A stretch of DNA of 63,771 nt, counting the filler, from an uncultured Gemmatimonadota bacterium (GTDB taxonomy: Bacteria; Blakebacterota; Blakebacteria; Blakebacterales; Blakebacteraceae): the NCBI GenBank assembly GCA_964576115.1. It is 4 parts of 4 records of this genome, joined end to end, with 100 filler letters (N's around TTAATTAATTAA, not from the genome) between each part and the next. Parts side by side here need not be neighbours in the genome. Positions count along the whole stretch, not along the records: positions 39,139 to 58,489 come from CAZNUA010000055.1; positions 58,590 to 63,771 come from CAZNUA010000103.1; 2 more parts are not named here. The stretch is one strand, 5' to 3'. Every line of letters starts with the position of its first letter. Positions within the stretch are counted from its first letter, which is position 1. The notes beneath the pieces are model-generated. The model saw only the letters and a program-made list of their open reading frames with translations. It was not told the origin of the DNA and did not search any database. The position numbers and the translations under genes are program-made. This document shows, piece after piece, positions 50,338-59,226 of this stretch.

Positions 50338-52122
50338 TCAGTTTGTCGTGGCTGCCCTGACAAGCACTTCGGGCAGTGAGATCTCGCCCTCTCTCAGTTC
50401 GCCGTCCACCCCCGAGGCGGCGGCCCGGGCCTGGACGATCGCGTTGGGAATGTCCTTGGGACCCTGGGCGGCACCGCAGATATAGATGCCGCGTACGGCG
50501 GTATCCACCGGGCGCAGTTTGGGATGGACCTCCCGGTAAAAACCGCTCTCATCGCGGGCCACGCCCAGAATCGCGGCCAGCTCCCCGGTTCCTTCGGCGG
50601 GGATCATGGCGCAGGAGAGAGCCACCAGGTCCACCTCGAGGTTGAGGTGCCGGCCCAGGTCGGCATCCTCCACCTTCACGATCAGGTTGCCGGAATCGGC
50701 CCTCTCGACGATCTCGCTCGGACGACCCCGGATGAAATGGACCCCCAGTTCGCGCGTCGCCGCGTAGTACTCCTCGTAGTCCTTACCCGGGGTGCGCATG
50801 TCGATGTAGCAGATGTAGACCTCGGCTTCGGGCGCCACCATCCGCTTGATGATCTGGGCGTGTTTGAGGGCGTACATGCAGCACACCCCCGAACAGTAGG
50901 GATTGGTGTTCTCGTCGCGCGAACCCACGCACTGGATCATGAGAATGCGGTCGGGTCGGCAGCCGTCGCCCGGCCGCAGAAGCTCCCCTTTCGTGGGGCC
51001 GTCGATATCCAGAATCCGGGCCAGCTGGTACTGGGTGATGACGTTGGCGTAGCGGTCATAGCCGTAGGAGGTCAGAACCGAGGGGTCGAACTCGTCGAAG
51101 CCGGTGGCCACCACGACGGCCCCGACGGTGAGTTCGATATGCTCTTCCTCTTCCGCGAAATCGATCGCCTCGGTCGGGCAGGCCTTCTCGCACAGGCGGC
51201 AGGCGCCGGTCCGGAAGTAGAGGCAGTTGGCCTCATCGATCGCGGCCTTCTTCGGGATCGCCTGTTCATAGGGGATATAGATGGCTTTGCGCTCCCCCAT
51301 TCCGGCGGCGAAGATCTCGTCGACGACTCGCTGGGGGCAGGCCTCGACGCATTCCCCGCACCCGGTGCATTTCTCTTCGATCACATAACGGGGGCGGCGC
51401 TTCACTCCCACCGTGAAACGACCCACATGGCCCGTGAGACTGACGACCTCGGAGTTTGTCCTCAGGTTGATCCGGGGGTGCATGTTGGCATAGGCGGTCT
51501 TGGGAGCCAGGATACAGGGAGCGCAATCGTTGGTCGGATAGACCTTGTAGAGCAGGCCCATCTTGCCCCCGATCGTCGGCAGGCGTTCCACCAGTTCGAC
51601 CTGATAGCCCTTCTCGGCCAGATCGAGGGCGGCTTCGAGCCCGGCGATCCCGGCGCCGATCACCAGCACCGATTGTTCGGCCTCGATCCGCACGTGCGGC
51701 ACCGGGCGTTTGAGGGCCATCCTCTTCACGGCCAGGGCGATGAGCTGGCGGGCTTTCTCCAGCGCCTCGGCCGGTTCGACCCGCTCGTTGCTCGAGGCCA
51801 TGGTCCATTTCCGGATGTCGATCAGATCCACGAAGGCGGGATCGAGCCCCACCTGTTCGCCGCAGCGCTGGAAGGTCATCAGGTGCAGGCCCGGATCGCA
51901 GGCGGCGACGATGACCCGGTCGAGGTCGTGGTCGGTGATGGCCTGCTTGATCTCTTCCTGGCCGTCTTCGGAGCAGGAGAACTTGTTGTCGACGACGTAG
52001 TCGACCTGGTCCAGCTCGCCCGTGCTCGCGAGCAGAGCCTCGATATCCACCCCTCCGGCGATGTTCTTGCCGCAGTGGCAGATGAAAACCCCGATCCGCT
52101 TCCCCTCCCGGTCACCCGCCAT
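50338..52122 (-). CDS. hdrA: Heterodisulfide reductase subunit A-like, lacking the C-terminal ferredoxin domain
   Basis: VFICHCG.NIA, GAGIAG, YPTNDCAPC, inserted 2x[4Fe-4S], QCVGSRD, YCS.VCCMYALK, HPKLRPVDT, GPKDIP. Confidence 0.9.
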   Translation of the reverse strand: MAGDREGKRIGVFICHCGKNIAGGVDIEALLASTGELDQVDYVVDNKFSCSEDGQEEIKQAITDHDLDRVIVAACDPGLHLMTFQRCGEQVGLDPAFVDLIDIRKWTMASSNERVEPAEALEKARQLIALAVKRMALKRPVPHVRIEAEQSVLVIGAGIAGLEAALDLAEKGYQVELVERLPTIGGKMGLLYKVYPTNDCAPCILAPKTAYANMHPRINLRTNSEVVSLTGHVGRFTVGVKRRPRYVIEEKCTGCGECVEACPQRVVDEIFAAGMGERKAIYIPYEQAIPKKAAIDEANCLYFRTGACRLCEKACPTEAIDFAEEEEHIELTVGAVVVATGFDEFDPSVLTSYGYDRYANVITQYQLARILDIDGPTKGELLRPGDGCRPDRILMIQCVGSRDENTNPYCSGVCCMYALKHAQIIKRMVAPEAEVYICYIDMRTPGKDYEEYYAATRELGVHFIRGRPSEIVERADSGNLIVKVEDADLGRHLNLEVDLVALSCAMIPAEGTGELAAILGVARDESGFYREVHPKLRPVDTAVRGIYICGAAQGPKDIPNAIVQARAAASGVDGELREGEISLPEVLVRAATTN

Positions 52123-52167
52123 GCCGGATCCAGACTCCTGATGAAGTGGTATGAGGCCGGAACATCG

Positions 52168-53139
52168 CTACTGCCGCCCGGTCAGAGATTGGTAGATGTC
52201 GGCCGCCGCCGCCGAGGCCTGCGCCAGAGCCGCGACGACCATCTTCAGCGGACCCGCGGTCACATCCCCGACGGCGTAGATGCCCTCGATATTCGTCCGG
52301 CCGCGGGCGTCGGTGACGATATAGCCTTCTTCATCGACCTTGACGCCGGCGCTTCGAGCGATATCGCTGTTGGGGTTGTCTGTGAGCTGGAAGAAGACCC
52401 CGTCGGCTTCTATGACGGTCTCTTCTCCGGTCTCCCGATCGGCGACCAGAACGCTCTCGACGCTCTCCGAGCCCCGGATTTCTTTCAGCTCGACCTGCTC
52501 GACGACATGGATGCGCCCGGCAGCACTACCGGAGGAATCGTCAGCGGCACTCTCGGCCTCATCGTCTGTGTTGCGCTCGGCTGCGGCTTTCCCGAGCGCC
52601 GGGTGAGACCGGCCGGGGCAGACCGCGGTCACCTCGCTCGCCAGCCCCGCCAGATAGGTGACCACCTCAACGGCCCGCCGGTCGCAGCCCACCACGACCA
52701 CCCGCTTGTCCTTGAAGAACATGCCGTCACAGACCGCGCAGTAGCTCACCCCCCTCCCCCGCAGCTCCGTCTCCCCCGGAATCCCCAGCAGTTCGTGACT
52801 GCGCCCGGTGGCCAGAACGAGGGTTCGCGACCGGTAGCTGCCGCTATCGGTCGTGACGACCTGTTCGCCGCTCCCGGGCTGGATCTCGACCGCTCCCTCG
52901 AACAGTTTGATCTCCACCTCCGCCCGCTGGCTGCGCCGGACCATATCCTCGATCAGATCGCTGCCCGTAGAACCTTCCCGATACCCGGGGAACTGTTCGA
53001 AGCTGGGGATCTCGGAGGCGTTGCCGCCGGGAACGTTCTTTTCCAGAATCAGGGGGGTGAGGCCGTAGGAGGCGGTACTGATGGCCGTCGCGAGACCGGC
53101 CGGGCCGGCCCCGACCACTATGACGTCGTATTCGGACAT
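52168..53139 (-). CDS. trxB: Thioredoxin reductase-like flavoprotein (atypical nucleotide-binding domain)
   Basis: GAGPAG, ATG, GRGVSYCAVCDG, TNIEGIYAVGD; start moved to ATG 53139. Confidence 0.8.
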   Translation of the reverse strand: MSEYDVIVVGAGPAGLATAISTASYGLTPLILEKNVPGGNASEIPSFEQFPGYREGSTGSDLIEDMVRRSQRAEVEIKLFEGAVEIQPGSGEQVVTTDSGSYRSRTLVLATGRSHELLGIPGETELRGRGVSYCAVCDGMFFKDKRVVVVGCDRRAVEVVTYLAGLASEVTAVCPGRSHPALGKAAAERNTDDEAESAADDSSGSAAGRIHVVEQVELKEIRGSESVESVLVADRETGEETVIEADGVFFQLTDNPNSDIARSAGVKVDEEGYIVTDARGRTNIEGIYAVGDVTAGPLKMVVAALAQASAAAADIYQSLTGRQ

Positions 53140-53286
53140 CGCCTGTCTCCCTCGTTTCAACCCCGACGGCTGGCGCAAGCTATCGCTGGAGAATGCCGAT
53201 TACAACCGTATATTCGCCCCCGGACACGCCCCGCTCCCGATCCGCCGCGAAAGACGGGGATCGGACCGCAGCGGCCGGGAAAAACA

Positions 53287-53314
53287 TTGAAATCTACCAT
53301 CGGGCGGGTATGAT
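53287..53314 (+). promoter_or_regulatory. Sigma70-like promoter of the usp gene
   Basis: TTGAAA-N16-TATGAT, followed by AAGGAG RBS. Confidence 0.45.
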
Positions 53315-53348
53315 TGGTCCGGCTGTGGGATAGTCAAGGAGTCAGACA

Positions 53349-53780
53349 ATGAAATGCGTTCTCGCCACTGACGGTACCGAAGCCAGCCTGAAGGCCGCGA
53401 CCTGGCTGGCCGGAAATTTGTGTATCGATCCCGGATCCGATATCTATCTGGTCTACGTCTTCCCGATCCCCTCTCATCCCGAAGCCTACAGCGAACTGGT
53501 GTGTCTGCCCAAATACGCCTCCGACGAACCGGTCAAACGGATTGCGGAGCCGATCATGACGCGCACGCGGGAAGCTCTGGGAGATCTGGAAGCGAATATC
53601 CACGACATCATCCTGGTCGGCAATCCCGCCCACGACATCGTCGAAACCGCCATGATGCAGAAAGCCGACCTGATCGTGACCGGTAACCGGGGCCTGAGCA
53701 CGCGGAGCGAACTCTGCCTGGGGAGCACCTCGAATGCGGTCGCCCACCTGGCCCTCTGCCCCGTGCTCATCGTCCGGTAG
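53349..53780 (+). CDS. Universal stress protein (UspA family)
   Basis: VLATDG, GNPA..I, ADLIVTG.RG...LGSTS...CPVLIVR. Confidence 0.9.
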   Translation: MKCVLATDGTEASLKAATWLAGNLCIDPGSDIYLVYVFPIPSHPEAYSELVCLPKYASDEPVKRIAEPIMTRTREALGDLEANIHDIILVGNPAHDIVETAMMQKADLIVTGNRGLSTRSELCLGSTSNAVAHLALCPVLIVR

Positions 53781-53871
53781 CCCGGCACGCCGAAATCGTC
53801 CATACGGTTGTCACATCGACGTCGGCTATGCGTCGTTCGACCAGTGTCATGTCACGCAACAACTGTCGTAT

Positions 53872-54894
53872 TCACGCGGCGCTGCGTCCCGGCGGCCGGA
53901 GCCGTTCGAGGGCGTCGACCGCCCGCTGATAGCCGGGTATTTCGCGCAGGGTGGCTTCATATTCGGCGATAGCCTGATCGGTCCGGTTCAGATGCTCGTA
54001 GAGGCGTCCCAGCTGATAATGAATCCGGCCCGGTGAGGGCATCCCCTCGGCATTTTCAAGATCCAGGCAGGCCTGGAGGTGCTCGATCCCCTCTTCTGGA
54101 TGCAATCCCGATTCAGCCGCGATCCAGCCGTAGTAATACTCTGCGACATGCTCGTCGGGAAGATCACGCATGGCATTCTCGCAGATCTCGAAGGCTTCCT
54201 CGTGCCGGGTGAGCCTGACCTGGTAGCTGGCCAGGTTGAGCCTGAAATCGATGTCCTCAGGATAAGTGGCGATGAGTTCGCGATATTCGGCCACCACCCG
54301 GTCGTGTTCATCTTTGTTCCGGTAGACCAGAATCAGGGCCTCGCTTCCCAATTGCCGGTCAATAGTCTTCAGTTCTTCGGCGATCTCACGGGCCTTGCGC
54401 GCACTGCCACCGAACATGCCGGGCACCTCGAGGTAATACTCAACCAGCCGGTAGCGGGCATTGGCATGAGACGGATCACATTCGATCGCCCGTTCGCATT
54501 CCTTCTTCATGCGGCGGGCGTGGAAAAGACCCCCGGGCACCCCCGCTTCCCGGGCCAGACCACCGTACGCACTGCCCAGCCAGTAGTGATAATCGGCATG
54601 GCTTTCATCCCCTTCGATCGCCCGTTCCAACCACTCGGCAGCCTGCTCATAATTTCGATTCGGCATCCACTCCAGGGCGATCCGGCCGAGGTAGGCGGCG
54701 GCTGCATGGTTATCGGGTTCGCTTTCGATCAGATCGGTGAAGATCGACCGGGCGGTGGCCCATTCACGGGCTTCAAAGGCGGCGACGCCTTGCTCGAAGG
54801 TCGTATTGTTCTGAGCCTCAACAGTACAGCGCGGAATAGAGAGCAGGATGCTGAGAACCAGGAACACCAATCCGTTTTCTGAAGTCTGACACAT
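53872..54894 (-). CDS. Secreted tetratricopeptide-repeat protein
   Basis: Signal peptide, repeated YHYWLG/HYQLG...A...Y helical units, PGMFGGS. Confidence 0.75.
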   Translation of the reverse strand: MCQTSENGLVFLVLSILLSIPRCTVEAQNNTTFEQGVAAFEAREWATARSIFTDLIESEPDNHAAAAYLGRIALEWMPNRNYEQAAEWLERAIEGDESHADYHYWLGSAYGGLAREAGVPGGLFHARRMKKECERAIECDPSHANARYRLVEYYLEVPGMFGGSARKAREIAEELKTIDRQLGSEALILVYRNKDEHDRVVAEYRELIATYPEDIDFRLNLASYQVRLTRHEEAFEICENAMRDLPDEHVAEYYYGWIAAESGLHPEEGIEHLQACLDLENAEGMPSPGRIHYQLGRLYEHLNRTDQAIAEYEATLREIPGYQRAVDALERLRPPGRSAA

Positions 54895-54895
54895 G

Positions 54896-57565
54896 TTATT
54901 CCTCCCGCAGTACATCGACCGGATCGATTCGGGCGATCCGGCGGGCCGGCATCCAGCTGGCCAGCAGGGTGACCGTGATCAGGAAAGCGATGACGAGGAC
55001 ATAGATGACCGGATCGTGCGGATCGGCATTTTCAAGAATCCCGGACAGGAACCGCATGGCGACCAGAGTGACTGCCAAACCGGTTGCGATCCCGATCCCC
55101 GCCATGATCGCTCCCCGACGCATGACACTTCGCGTAATCGAGCCGAACGTGGCTCCCAGAGCCATCCGGATACCGAACTCGTGCCGGCGGTTGGTGACCG
55201 AATAGGCGACCACTCCACCGATTCCCACCACCGTCAGAAGCAGAGCGAAAATCCCGATCACGCCGAGAACCCAGGCGAACACGACGGTGCGCCAGTTTCT
55301 CTCCCGGAGCAGTTCGGCGACTGTCCGGGGAGCCGTCAGAGCCAGATGCGGATCGAGATCTCTGATGGTCTCCCGCAGAACCGGCGCCAGATCCCGCGGT
55401 TCGCCGCCTGATTGCACCACCAGCCAGCCGTATCCGCGGCTGGTGTCACGGACGAGGGGCAGATAGAACCGGGGCCCGGCTGCCCCTTCCGAACTGCTGA
55501 ACTGCTCATCGGCGATCACTCCCACGACGGTGACGATATGCTCGGGATCCGGTTCACGCGACCGGTAGCAGGAACGACCCAGGGCCTCGCCGTCGGCCCA
55601 GAGCCGGCGGGCCAGAGCTTCGCTGACGATGATCGCATTCGACCTTTCACCCTCGCTCAACTCGGTGAAGGTGCGACCCGCAAGCAGGGAAACACCCGTC
55701 GAGGCGAAGTAGCCGGGGGAAACGGTCCAGAAATCGCAGACCAGGTAGGGTCGCTCACTATTCCGTACGGTCTCGTCACTGCAGATCCCGGCGCTACCAT
55801 CGGCGCGATCTGAAAGAACCGAGGTTGTATACCAGGCGTCTTCGGCACCCGGGCTGTTCCGCAGCTTCTCAACCGCTTCACGGAAGAACGCCAGGCTGGA
55901 CTCCTGCTCCGGATAGGCCCAGGATCCCAGGCTCACATACTGTGCCAGCAGACGGTTGTTCTCGCCGCCCAGCCGGGCCGTATGACCCGCGAGATAACTC
56001 TTCATGACCATACCGGTGACGACCAGAACGATCGTCACCAGAAAGATCTGAACCACGACCAGTCCGGACCGGATCAGAACATGCTTCCTGCCGCTGCTCA
56101 TCCGGACCGTATCGCTGCGCAGAGAGGATCCCAACGCCCCCCGCCGTACTGCCAGCGCCGGGGCGAGCCCGAAGATGAAGGCAGAGAGAAGGACAAACCC
56201 CGACAGTGCCGCCAGCACACCGGGATTCAACTCGAACTGCATGAATCCCGGCAGCTCGATGGGGACATGGGCCAGGAGCAGTTTCAATCCCAGACGCCCG
56301 AAGACGATCCCGAGAACGCCTCCGGCCAGGGCGATGACAAGACTCTCGATCATCACCTGCTGGATCAGGCGACCGCGTCCGGCACCGAGTACGGCCCGCA
56401 ACGAAAGCTCACGAGCCCGGCCCGTGGCCCGGCTGAGCATGAGATTGGCCAGGTTCGAGCAGGCCAGCAGCAACACCAGGCAGGCCACGATGAAGATGAT
56501 CAGAAGCGGCTGGCGCAATGGGTCTGTGAGGAATGGTCCGAACCGGACCACCCGCACCTCTCTGCGTCCCTCGATCTCCGGGTGTTCCGCCGCCACCTGA
56601 ATCCCGATCTGGTGCATTTCCGCCCGGGCCGCATCCAGTGAGACCCCGTCACGCAGACGGCCGAAGGTGATGTGTCGCGCGAGGCCGCGGGGACCGGGTT
56701 CAGCTGGTCGGAAGGGGATCCACAGATCGCGGTTATCCGGAAAGGTGAAATGAGGCGGCATGACGCCCACCACCTGATACCGGTTCACCCCGTTCAGGGT
56801 GATCCGGCGTCCGAGGATGTCGGGATCACCACCCCAGGCACGCTGCCAGATCCCGTGAGAGATCAGAACGACCGATTCAGCACCCGGCCGATAATCGTCG
56901 GGAGTGAAGCTGCGACCCAGCACAGGGGTGACAGCAAGGACATCGGTGAAGGCGGCGGATACCTCATTACTGGCGACGCGTACGGGATCGTCGAGGTCGG
57001 TAATGGTAAAAGCCCCCCAGACAAAGATCGCCAGGTGCTCGAAGACGTGGTTCCCGGCCTCCCAGTCCAGGAAATCGGGGTAGGAGGAACTCATCCAGTG
57101 CCCGTCACCCATCCGGGAGTCACGTGTTCCCACCATGACCAGTTCGTCGGCGTCTTCAAAGGGGAGCGGATGGATGATGGTGTCATCCAGGACGGTCCAG
57201 GTCACGGTGATGAAGGTGATCCCGACCGCCAGGCAGAGGGAGGCCATGATCGCGAAGAGCGGGCTGATCCGGAAGATGTTCAGAGCGTATCTGAAATCTG
57301 CTGCAATCGAACCGAGAACGTGTCCCGCCCGTTCGCTTAGCAGCCAGTTCCGGTCAGTTCGCTCACACTTGCGTGCCGCCAGTTCGGTATTGCCGATCAG
57401 GGCTTCGGCCCGGGTCCGGGCATCTTCCTCACTCAGCCCCTCGTCCCTGAGTTGCTCGACCAGCATGTCGAAGTGCGTGTCGAATTCGGCGTCGATGTTC
57501 CGGGCCAACTGTCCTGTGGTATCTTCGCGCCGAAACAACATCCGCCACTTCTCCCCGGCGTTCAT
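54896..57565 (-). CDS. Duplicated orphan ABC permease (ADOP-like)
   Basis: IDAEFDTHF...GLSEEDAR N-domain, SSYPDFLDW, RELSLRAVLGAGR, PARRIARIDPVDVLREE; ATGA overlap with padR. Confidence 0.85.
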   Translation of the reverse strand: MNAGEKWRMLFRREDTTGQLARNIDAEFDTHFDMLVEQLRDEGLSEEDARTRAEALIGNTELAARKCERTDRNWLLSERAGHVLGSIAADFRYALNIFRISPLFAIMASLCLAVGITFITVTWTVLDDTIIHPLPFEDADELVMVGTRDSRMGDGHWMSSSYPDFLDWEAGNHVFEHLAIFVWGAFTITDLDDPVRVASNEVSAAFTDVLAVTPVLGRSFTPDDYRPGAESVVLISHGIWQRAWGGDPDILGRRITLNGVNRYQVVGVMPPHFTFPDNRDLWIPFRPAEPGPRGLARHITFGRLRDGVSLDAARAEMHQIGIQVAAEHPEIEGRREVRVVRFGPFLTDPLRQPLLIIFIVACLVLLLACSNLANLMLSRATGRARELSLRAVLGAGRGRLIQQVMIESLVIALAGGVLGIVFGRLGLKLLLAHVPIELPGFMQFELNPGVLAALSGFVLLSAFIFGLAPALAVRRGALGSSLRSDTVRMSSGRKHVLIRSGLVVVQIFLVTIVLVVTGMVMKSYLAGHTARLGGENNRLLAQYVSLGSWAYPEQESSLAFFREAVEKLRNSPGAEDAWYTTSVLSDRADGSAGICSDETVRNSERPYLVCDFWTVSPGYFASTGVSLLAGRTFTELSEGERSNAIIVSEALARRLWADGEALGRSCYRSREPDPEHIVTVVGVIADEQFSSSEGAAGPRFYLPLVRDTSRGYGWLVVQSGGEPRDLAPVLRETIRDLDPHLALTAPRTVAELLRERNWRTVVFAWVLGVIGIFALLLTVVGIGGVVAYSVTNRRHEFGIRMALGATFGSITRSVMRRGAIMAGIGIATGLAVTLVAMRFLSGILENADPHDPVIYVLVIAFLITVTLLASWMPARRIARIDPVDVLREE

Positions 57566-57912
57566 TGCAGATCCTCCGGTTGGATTTCGAGCACCTGCTC
57601 CATCGCACGGGTGTGGGCAGTCCATTCAGCGAGCGCCCGGGCCAGTGCCTTTTGCCCGGCCGGTGTGATCTGGTAGAATTTCGCCCGGCGTTTCTTATCC
57701 GAAATCCGCCACTCTCCCGTGAGTAAACCCTTGCGATGCAGACGGTGCAGGGCGGGATAGAGGGCGGCATGCTCGATCTGCAGGTACTCGCCTGAATTCT
57801 CGCTCACGGCATTGATGATCGCCAGGCCGTGCATCGATTCACCGCCACTGAGGATCTTGAGAACGAGAATCTCTATTTCACCGTAAAAGCCCCGATTCCC
57901 TATGAGTGTCAT
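57562..57912 (-). CDS. PadR-family transcriptional regulator
   Basis: ILVLKIL...MHG, LYPALHRL, RRAKFYQITPAG. Confidence 0.85.
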   Translation of the reverse strand: MTLIGNRGFYGEIEILVLKILSGGESMHGLAIINAVSENSGEYLQIEHAALYPALHRLHRKGLLTGEWRISDKKRRAKFYQITPAGQKALARALAEWTAHTRAMEQVLEIQPEDLQ

Positions 57913-57943
57913 GATCAGCTCCGCACGTTATTATGGTATCTGC

Positions 57944-57990
57944 TTACACAACTAGATTATGTAAACGGTTGTTAGAAACTGAATGTTTCC
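57944..57990 (-). promoter_or_regulatory. ECF-sigma-like promoter plus palindrome upstream of padR
   Basis: GGAAAC(57990-57985)-N17-CGTT(57967-57964); TTACATAA-N5-TTGTGTAA at 57964-57944. Confidence 0.6.
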
Positions 57991-58056
57991 CGGAATTCGA
58001 TCCAAAATGTCCTCTTCTGCACAAACCGCACCACATGCCAATACATCCACATCGCG

Positions 58057-58108
58057 TGAAACACATCAATCCATCCAATCGTACATATCGATGTAGACAT
58101 TGTCGACA
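58057..58108 (+). promoter_or_regulatory. ECF-sigma-like promoter plus palindrome upstream of padR
   Basis: TGAAAC(58057)-N17-CGTA(58080); TGTAGACA-t-TGTCGACA at 58092-58108. Confidence 0.6.
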
Positions 58109-58170
58109 GTATGGTGGCGGGAACGGTCTTTGCCCATACCATCACAATCCCCGTCGTTTTGGAGGCTTCA

Positions 58171-58489
58171 ATGGCTCACCGATTTCTGGGCGAATTCGAG
58201 CAGATGGTCCTTCTGGCCATCCTCCAGTTGAGAGATGACGCCTATGTCGTCTCCATCCTTCGAGAACTGGATACCAGAGCCGGTCGATCCGTATCCCGCG
58301 GCACGTGTTACAAAACACTGGAAAGGATGGAGACCAAGGAGCTCCTGGAGTGGACGGTCGAGGCCGGTCCTCCGGAGAGGGGCGGACATCCCCGGCGCCG
58401 CTTCACCGTCACCGCAGCGGGCGCCTCGGCCCTTCAGAAATCCCGGAAGGCTTTCGACCGTCTCTGGGAAGGATTGGAGATGGAAGGAG
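58171..58489 (+). CDS. PadR-family transcriptional regulator (stop lost at contig end)
   Basis: LGEFEQMVLLAIL, ERGGHPRRRFTVT; GGAGG RBS. Confidence 0.85.
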
Positions 58490-58589
58490 NNNNNNNNNNN
58501 NNNNNNNNNNNNNNNNNNNNNNNNNNNNNNNNNTTAATTAATTAANNNNNNNNNNNNNNNNNNNNNNNNNNNNNNNNNNNNNNNNNNNN
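58490..58589. other. Artificial contig linker
   Basis: N run with TTAATTAATTAA. Confidence 0.95.
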
Positions 58590-59159
58590 GTCGGGGATAT
58601 CCTGCCGACCCGGAAATTCGTAGTCGGTGTCGATCGAGGAGACCCACCAGCGGCCCTCGTGCAGGACCAGCGAGACCGAGTCCACCCCCCGCTGCAGCGG
58701 GCTCTCGGCGGTGGGATCCAGCCGAATCTCGAAGACTACATAGCTGTGGGCGATCCGCCCGAAGGAGGTCGTCTCGTGCCGCCCGACCCGCTCGTGGAAT
58801 CCGGTCCGTCCCATGTCGTTCCGTTCGATGTCATCCTTGAAGAACTGGATAAAGGCATCGAGATCGTACGCGGTGAAAGCAGTCGAACCTCTGCGGGGAG
58901 GCTGATAGAAAACCACATCGGGATGGCAGAGCAGGCGCAGGCGCTCCCAGTCGCACTCATTGCCGGGTCCGAAACTGACCGACTTGTAGAGGTCGGTCAG
59001 CACATTCTCGATCACGGTGTACTCACCGGCATACTGCCGCCATGGGTCCTGTTCGGCGACCGGACGGGGGGAGCTCAGGGCGTCGATGACCGGACCGCAG
59101 AGCAGTAACCCGGCCAGCAGAACACCGGCGATACAGGTGATACGGGGAACCGTACGCAT
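58590..59159 (-). CDS. Secreted NTF2/SnoaL-like protein, 3' truncated
   Basis: Signal peptide, LY..VSF...DWER, GFHE, FGRIAH, RGVDSV.LV...GRWWV. Confidence 0.6.
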
Positions 59160-59226
59160 ACTCTCATCCTTTCAGGTGTCATCACGTACCAAGTCAGGAT
59201 CCCGCCCGCAGGCCGGCTGTCCGCAA

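Noticed and set aside
48608-52122. Evidence of methanogenesis or an archaeal contig
   Set aside because: Neighbours are bacterial diderm genes (lexA, outer-membrane proteins), and Hdr is widespread in anaerobic bacteria
48608-53139. Selenocysteine recoding in hdr/trx genes
   Set aside because: All expected ligand positions are ordinary Cys and there is no in-frame TGA at a motif position
50524-53313. 929-aa antisense ORF (likewise 6153-8288, 40104-41861, 42164-44086, 46698-48908, 59017-60777)
   Set aside because: Stop-poor shadow frames opposite well-supported genes in high-GC DNA, with no motifs
19480-58589. Three TTAATTAATTAA elements as a biological repeat
   Set aside because: Each is centred in an N run and gives stops in all six frames, so they are concatenation linkers
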